A stretch of DNA of 58,818 nt, the filler included, from Bipalium vagum (lineage: Eukaryota), in NCBI GenBank assembly GCA_037834085.1. It is 3 parts of 3 records of this genome, joined end to end, with 100 filler letters (N's around TTAATTAATTAA, not from the genome) between each part and the next. Parts side by side here need not be neighbours in the genome. Positions count along the whole stretch, not along the records: positions 39,679 to 58,818 come from JBBMKC010009325.1; 2 more parts are not named here. One strand, written 5' to 3'. The translations under genes were made by a program, and so were the position numbers. Below the pieces are notes generated by a model. The model worked only from the letters and a program-made list of their open reading frames with translations, searched no databases and had not been told where the DNA came from. Of the stretch, positions 51,335-58,818 are shown piece after piece; the stretch's first letter is position 1, and each line of letters opens with the position of its first letter.

Positions 51335-54300
51335 TTAGCTAATAATTCGTTTATTATTATTATATTTATTTTTATTATTACTATTAATTAGTGTTATATT
51401 TTTCTATTTGCCGAATGTTCGCGTTAATTTATTTTAATGACAATTTTAAGAACAATTTTCCATAAAATTAGAGATTTTTATAAAAATAATTTGTAATTAT
51501 AATTCTAAAATTAACATTTTCTTTTTTAATATCACAAACAATTGTTAAATCTTCAACAGCTCTCATTGTTTCCTAAGTCATATTGATTTTTCGATTTACT
51601 TAAAATTATCGATTTAAAACCATGTAACTGTTTTATTATGTAACAATGTTAATTGAGAAATAAACACTAAGTTTGAGCACAATTTATTAAAAATCGATTT
51701 CTTTAATTCTTTGATTATTATTGAAGTATGGAACATGTTTTGCTTACACTTTGATAGATCGCTTAAACATTTTGACATTTATAATATTACGTTCCATATT
51801 TGCAAAAAGATTAGTCTAGTTCATGTTAGGGATTTCTAAAGAAAGCTCAATTGATGTTTTTCTAAAATTTTATCGATAGAATGTAGTCCACTGAAAAATT
51901 ACCATTTTTATTTTATGGATTATTTAATACATTATGAAAAGTAAGTTATCAACTTTTTGAAGAGGCATTTTAGCCCTCCAAAATTTTCCGAATATTTTCA
52001 GATTGATGAAGACTTTTTAATGTTTTAAAAGGATTGGAATACAAGACTAATTGGCAAGCCACAAATATAAAAAAATTGCGTAGAACGATTGAATATTGTT
52101 ACAAAAAGTTAGATTTCAATTTTTACAAGGTCTCACACAGGACGTCCGAAGTCCGCTTGATTTTGTAAGATGTGTAGACATTGAAAATAATTATATAATA
52201 AAAATCCTTATTCTTAATTTATTTTTCTTAAAAACTTAATTCAATGTAATAAAGAAATTATACCAATTTGAAAGTGAGTTATAAAGCTAACAATTATATC
52301 GCAAGATCTTTGCGAATGTATGAGAGAACATTTGACATTCATGAGAATATTATAAAGGTAAGATGATAAAAAATCTTTTGTAAAATACTTATTTAATAAA
52401 CATAAAGTATAAATTGTTATTTTTTTAAAAACCATTCTTTTGTACGAAATATGTTTTCAATGTTTTCTGATCCAATCGTTGATTATATTTTTTGCGACAG
52501 ATTTAAAAGAGCAGATCGTGAAGCAATAAAAATTAACGAACCGTTTTAACAAATTCGTACGTTAATTTATGAAAGCGACTTTATTTTTGGCTTGAGTTCA
52601 TTATATTTTGATTAACTATTTTTTTAAAAACCAATTTTACTTTTGAGTCCTTTTGATGTATAATTAGCAATTTTGTGTTTGGAGAATGTTTGACATGTGT
52701 CACAGTGATTTGCGCAAAATATACTCGAATTGTGACATACATTAACAGTTATGTTCTTCCAATCAGGAAAAGGTCTAGAGTATGGGGATGTATTGATTGT
52801 TGATTGATTGTTGACCAGTTATTATTTTTATTTCAATGTTATTTGAATTGAAGCAGTATTTAGATAAATAAATTAATATTGCCTGGTTTTTGTTGGGAAA
52901 TTATGTTCTATAAATATTGTATTTGTCTTTTTGTGCATATTCAATTTTGCAGCGATACTGAAGCACTGATCAAAATTCTGATTAAGTTTCATCTATTACT
53001 TCAAAAATCGTTCAGGAAAATGGCTCTTATAATAAAATGATATACGGTAAATATTTAAGTGTATAATAAATGTTTTTTTAATAACGAACTGAAATTGAAT
53101 TAAATTAATGAACCATTTTACTCATCCTAGTTTTAATTGATATATTAATAGTTTTTAGGGTATTTTACATTTATTTTGAATGTAATTAATTAAAATTATA
53201 TGGTTGCAAATTTATAATTGCTTACAGGATGGACTTGAAAAAATTTATAAAATCAGTTGAGAGATGTAATTAGTTTTTAATTTTAAATTTTCAGCATAAC
53301 TTAAATAGTTTACTATGTACAAGATTTAGGCTTGCTTTTGTTTGCAAAAAATATGTCAACTGAAGTTGAAATTTTGTAATCAACAGTTTTTGGTTATCCA
53401 TATAATTAGATTTAGAAATTTAAGGAAAACATTTTTAAACATTAAATGTACATTTAAAACGAAAAATCTTTATATAACATCTATAAATTAAACTGGTTTA
53501 TATTAGTATTTTCTAAATCAAAAATAAAATTAGATATAGTTGTCTGCAAATTACAGTCGGTTTTTTGCGACAGTTGTGTTATAAATAAACCAGAAAGTTG
53601 ATAGGAATTAATCAATATGGTGATGTTTCCTTGAGACTCGAGCTGTATTTTTAACAGTTAGCATGTTAACTTTTTACATATACAGTAGTGAAGCTGTTAT
53701 TAACCGTCAATTAAACCTTAATAACAAAACAAGTCGAATGAGGGTTAAGGTTCCTGGTATCCTAAACCTGGATCTAAAAGGTTTAACACTGTACAGTTCA
53801 CAGGTAAAATCAACACATTAAGTGAGATAGTTTCTTGATGAAAAATATATTTATAATATAACAAATACCAACTTAATAGCTATTAATTAAAGTTAGGTAA
53901 CAAAATAAAAAGTCTTTCTGGTGAGATATACGTTTTAACAGACTAGTTCCACGAAGGTGCTAATAAAGAGAAGAAAATCACTTTTTCGAATTTAACTGTA
54001 ATAATATATTTAGGTCAGAGATAATTGGTTTTGATAATCTTGATCCTTTGAAAATTATCGCGAAAATGATGAAGTTCATTAATTGTATTAAGTATCGCAG
54101 GCCTTATTTCTAATTGCATAATAAGTATTATATTCAATGAAAAATTCACAATATATTAATTTCATAATAATAATGCGATATAATTATAATAATTCTCTTG
54201 TAAAAGTACTCCTGGTTAATTATTATTATGACTCGATTCTCTTTTAATTATTAATAATGAATTGTGTCGCCACACCATTTAAGATTTATACATCAATGAA

Positions 54301-54369
54301 TGTACTAAAAAGATTATCTAACCTACATAATATAAGTTTCTTTGAAAGTTTAAAAAATTGAAGGGTGTA

Positions 54370-54594
54370 CAGTGGAAGTCGGCTTATACGATATCACTTA
54401 ATACGATTTTCTGAATATTACGATAAAATTAATCCGACCATTTTTAATATATATAATTTTGATATATAAAAGCATCGTTCCTTACGTTTGAAATTAAATC
54501 TTATTTAATTTTTAATATCGCCTAATACAATATTTTATATTTAATTTGATTAAATTTCCTCAGAAATCAACATCGTATTAAACGAAGTCCACTG
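54370..54594. mobile_element. pogo/Tigger-type MITE (225 bp)
   Basis: TIRs CAGTGGAAGTCGGCTTATACGAT / ATCGTATTAAACGAAGTCCACTG, TA flanks, subterminal TACGAT repeats. Confidence 0.8.
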
Positions 54595-54628
54595 TACCAT
54601 AATTTTGAAGTTCTTATATTCTATAGAG

Positions 54629-54741
54629 CAGTGATTCCTAAACTTTTCGGGCGCCACCTTTTCAGAATAAATATTACTTAGCTCCCCTCCTAAAAATAAC
54701 CTACACCAAATTCCTTGCAGCGCCCATTTTGGGAATCACTG
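54629..54741. mobile_element. hAT (Buster/Charlie-type) MITE, 113 bp
   Basis: TIRs CAGTGATTCCTAAA / TTTGGGAATCACTG; 8-bp TSD CTATAGAG/TTATAGAG with central TA. Confidence 0.88.
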
Positions 54742-55329
54742 TTATAGAGTAATCTTGATCTTACGAAATTTTTTCTCACAGATCTAATTTTTCTGATTTA
54801 ATAACCTCTGATCGGCATTTTTGGTTCCTTTCTGGAAATTTCTATATTTGAGCCGGGATTTGGACACATTTCCGTCTTCTTTCTGCTGTAGGTCCTTCCT
54901 TGCCTTATCATGTTTTGCTTCTTAATTTCCTATGTTTTGATCGAAACCTCTCACAAATTGTTAAAATATTAAAATTTAATAACCAAAAATTTTTGATTTG
55001 ATGTCCTAGGACAACTAAAACAAAATTTTTCTGGTTTCTTTGTTTCAAAAAATTTTAAATAAATCTTTCTCTCATTTTTGGTAATTTTTTTGAGATCCTT
55101 TTTCAGTCGAAATTTTTGATTTGACATTTTTTCTAAAAGTTTTAAAATTATTTATTATAAAACTTTATTTAAGTATACTACCAATCAAAATTATTTTTTA
55201 GGTACTCGCATTTTTAAATATAACACGTTTTTATAAAAAATGTTTTACATTTAATTTATTTATTAAATTAAAAATTCTTTTCATATTTATTCGAATTAAG
55301 AAAAAATACTTATTTTGTATCATATATAA

Positions 55330-56250
55330 TATTCATTAAAGTAACCTCCGTGATTTTTAATAACAGCTACACAAATCCTCGAAATACGATTGAGCAATTT
55401 CAGTAGGTTTTCTAGTGTTATTTCAAATAACTGTATATGCAGTATCTCCCAAAGATTTTTCACTGAAGATAGCTTTTGTTCCCGAATTTTTATATCCATT
55501 TTATCCCACAGTGATTCAAAAGGATTAAGATCTGGCGATTGAGGAGATTATTCCATTACTATGAAAAATTCTCCTGTTTTAAATTTTCTAAGTAGGCTTA
55601 TCTTACTGGTATGTTTGAGATCATTGTTATGCATAAATAAATATTTCTCTTGAAATAATCATCTCCCAGATAGCCTATCCATTTTCCAAAATATTCTTAT
55701 AAAGTTCTTTTGTCATGTTTCCTTCTACTATGTGCAATTAGTCAACATTTTTCCATCCAAAGCATCCACAAACACTAACGGAACCACAAAAAAATTTCTT
55801 TATGCCCTTCTGCAACAAATCTTCTAAAGAAGCTTTTTACGAGTAGAACCGAAAATCTAGAAGTGCGATTTTCACATTTGTCAAATGTCCAATCTCAGTC
55901 TTTTTGCTTTATGAACTTTTCTTAATAAAGGTTTTTTTGTAACTTCTCGGCCGTAAAAGCCAAAAACTGTTCAGCCTGGGTTTATGGTAGATGCGCTGAC
56001 ATTTACCTTTTGAAATTCGTTATATTTTGCAACTATATTTCCCGCTGATAGACGTATATTTCATAGACAATTTTTATTAATTTCTCTATCTTGCAGTCTG
56101 TTTGTCAGATGTGGTCTCCCGCATCGCTGTTTACCTTCATCACATCCTTGATATTGAAATCTTTGAAGTTTCTATTGCACGCAACTTCTATATATTTTCA
56201 TTTTCTGAGAAATTTGAACTTAAGAGAAACTCTCTTCATGTTTTAAATAT
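55330..56250 (-). mobile_element. Tc1 (DD34E) transposase pseudogene
   Basis: GSVSVCGCF, FMHNNDLKHT, PQSPDLNPFESLWD in broken frames. Confidence 0.8.
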
Positions 56251-57263
56251 GTGTAACAGCAATCTTTTTAAATTAAATGCAACATAAAACATAAAAATAG
56301 TATTTTAATCTAAAAATAAATTCAAAAGTTAATAAAGAATCTTATTTCTTTTTAGTTTCTGAAATCATTAACTTATATCAAATTTAAAATTTCATTTGAG
56401 ATTTACAAACTAATAAAAATATAGTATTTGTATAATCTGGATAAACTTTTTGGAATAGTAGATCTTTATGAATATGATCTATTCATGTTATATTTAAAAT
56501 TGTTAGTGAGGTGGTATGCATCTCAAAATTTATATAAATTATAGTAAAAATAAAAATTTACATAATACATAAATTCTAGATTATTATAATATAAATATAC
56601 ATGTAACATGAATAAATATTTAAATAATTTATAGTCGTTGAAAATGTATGATGCACCACAACATAGATATTCCGGAATAAAGCTGTCTCCCTTTACGTAA
56701 AGCCTTTCAAACCCATAATATCTAATGGAAATTTTATATAAAGTTATTAAAATAAAAACTTTGATAACCAAAATTGTAAAAATCTATAATGTAGCTGGAA
56801 ATGAAATTAAAATAAAATGTCTAAAGAACTTAGAAAATCCAAAACTATTTGAAAAGTTAAAGCATAATTGAGAAAGAACTAGTGATAAAATTTCCAGACA
56901 GATTTTTTTACCAATCTAATTTGACAAGTTCAGCACTTTGACCTTTCAGATCAAGACACACATCAAAAGCAACATAAAAAATAGACAAATAGAAAAAAGC
57001 TCGAACACACATTAAATAAATCACAGAAGAATGAATTCTATTTAAACCATCACAAAAGCGAAGACAATAAAAATATAGTCAATATAATCGAACAATTGTC
57101 AGGTTCAGCCTAGTTTCTATTAAAAATTTTGTTGAAGCGATACTTTCTGTAATTTAATCTGTTTATTAGGATTTAAAAGGAATTTAATACAATACTTATT
57201 AGTCACAAAAGAAGTAATAATGAAAAAATTTATTCAACGTAAAAAATGTAATTCCGAAAATTA

Positions 57264-57644
57264 TTACTTTTTCTGTTTTATTAAAGATAAACCTGTCAAG
57301 TTGAGAGTTCCAGGCCAATCAACTCCATTACCTTTCTGTTTGAATAATATTTGTGATGGCATAAAAAAATTTAGAAGCCAATATTCTCCGAAAACATCTT
57401 GCCATCTTTTAACAAAACCAAAATTCACCCTGATTTCTTCTGTTGTATTTAGTTCATCAGATGTTACTCCCTTGATTTTTATTAATAAAATAACGTCAAC
57501 GACCAATCTTACTTTAATTATGGTCATTGTTTGAAAGCATAAAAATCCGAAACACATGGCTGCGAAAAATGGAAGCACATAAATGTGGATTATAATAATC
57601 AACAAGTGAGGATCCAACTCCCTAGCCCAAAAACACTTGTAGGT
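57264..57644 (-). CDS. 3' exons of a probable DHHC palmitoyltransferase (zDHHC22/24-like), join(57644..57513,57470..57264); 5'-partial, upstream exon boundary uncertain
   Basis: Last TM helix, then G-V-T-S-D-E (TTxE-like), N...DVFGEYWLLNFFMP (PaCCT-like) and KQKGNGVDW; 42-nt gtaag...caag intron; DHHC motif itself not found in the window. Confidence 0.65.
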   Translation of the reverse strand, partial: TYKCFWARELDPHLLIIIIHIYVLPFFAAMCFGFLCFQTMTIIKVRLVVDVILLIKIKGVTSDELNTTEEIRVNFGFVKRWQDVFGEYWLLNFFMPSQILFKQKGNGVDWPGTLNLTGLSLIKQKK

Positions 57645-58592
57645 CTTAATTTTATAACAAATGAAAACCAATATTGATGAAAAAGCTCAAGATAAAAACA
57701 TTAAATTTCTCAAAATATTTTGGATGTACAGTTACATAGTATAACTAGAAGAAATTAAGACATCTGAAATATAGAACAATTTTAGATAAATAATTTTATT
57801 TTAATTATGAAAATAAATTTAAAAATTTACAGTTAAATTAAAACATTCGAAAGGCTTAATTTATTAACTTTGAGAAGACTGTATCAAATGATTACGGAAA
57901 TAAAATTAAATTGGATTTTGCAAATCTTTATTGAGAATATCGGTTTGGTTCAATGAGTAGGTGGTTTAGCGAACATATATTATGTATGTTCGAATTGAGC
58001 CAAAGTTTTCATTTGTCACATGAAAATAAAGAGAAAATTGCTTTAATATCATGTTAATTTAAAGTAATTGTGACCGTCTTTTAATAAAGTAAATGTATCC
58101 ATTACAATATCAAAAAGCGAGCGGAAACTAGTTTTGAGGAATAAATTTATAGAAATAAAAATAACACAGGAAATGTAGCAGTTAATTATATTTTTTTGAA
58201 TTCAAAAAAGAAACCAAATTAACAGAAAGTAAAGAAAAAAATTTTTTTTTGACATTTTTAATTGAAAATTGATCATTAGAATAGGAAAAAATGCATAACA
58301 TAAGCATAGACACGGAATTAACAAAAATCTTGGTGTACGGAAATTGTGAAAATGAATTTGGTGAATTAATAACATCGAGAGTTTATTGCATTCATCTGAA
58401 ACTTATACACCAAAATTTAAAATTGTCAACAGCAAAATTCGAATATGTTTAAATGTTATTGATACTACTTTACAGTAATTTCCAAACATTCTAATACAGC
58501 AGTGGACAATGAAAAGTGAAAACATGTTAAAATGTTTTCACATTTTCTGAAATAAACACAAACCAATAACTTAAACCACCATAAATTTTATA

Positions 58593-58818
58593 CAGGGTGG
58601 CCACTAAAAGACTAACCCGATGTAAAACAAAAATAACTTTTACAACCACGTGTATTTTTAATTTTTTATTGTTTTATTTACAAGTTATATACAGGAGTTA
58701 TTTCAGGATTATGTATGGTAAACCACATCAGTCAAATGGCAACCGAGCACCGTTAATTTTTTCAGCCTGACCTTCATCATTTTCAAAGAAATATGGTCCG
58801 ATAACTCTGTCAGCCATA
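58593..58818 (-). mobile_element. Tc1/mariner-superfamily element end (CAGGGTG-type TIR) with transposase fragment; runs off the window
   Basis: TA|CAGGGTGGCCA terminus; minus-strand RVIGPYFFENDEG...INGAR peptide. Confidence 0.7.

Noticed and set aside
52953-53046. AG/GT-bounded candidate downstream exon for the 49594 gene
   Set aside because: Stops in all frames, including the required phase.
57220-57534. 104-aa + strand ORF
   Set aside because: Antisense to the zDHHC-like exons; no independent evidence.

Overview
This is very AT-rich eukaryotic DNA, most likely from an invertebrate animal, read in the standard genetic code. It consists of three contigs joined by artificial 100-nt spacers (N44-TTAATTAATTAA-N44 at 23441-23540 and 39579-39678). 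Contig 1 carries the 5' part of a kinesin-3 gene of the KIF13/Khc-73 type: 13 phase-consistent GT-AG exons from 2380 to 20989, covering the motor domain, neck/CC1 and the start of the FHA domain, then truncated by the gap. That gene also has a candidate 12-nt microexon. Intron 7 contains a 255-bp miniature LTR element whose LTRs carry a tRNA-Ala-like sequence, with PBS, PPT and an exact 5-bp TSD (Helenus/Cassandra-like TRIM architecture). Contig 2 is mostly decayed transposons: Tc1/mariner, a Chapaev3-like relic and a solo LTR. Contig 3 holds two orphan ORFs or genes, the 3' end of a probable zDHHC palmitoyltransferase, a GC-rich island of back-to-back hairpins next to a TATA box, and many Tc1/mariner, pogo, Merlin and hAT relics and MITEs. 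All calls come from manual reading and translation; no database searches were run.
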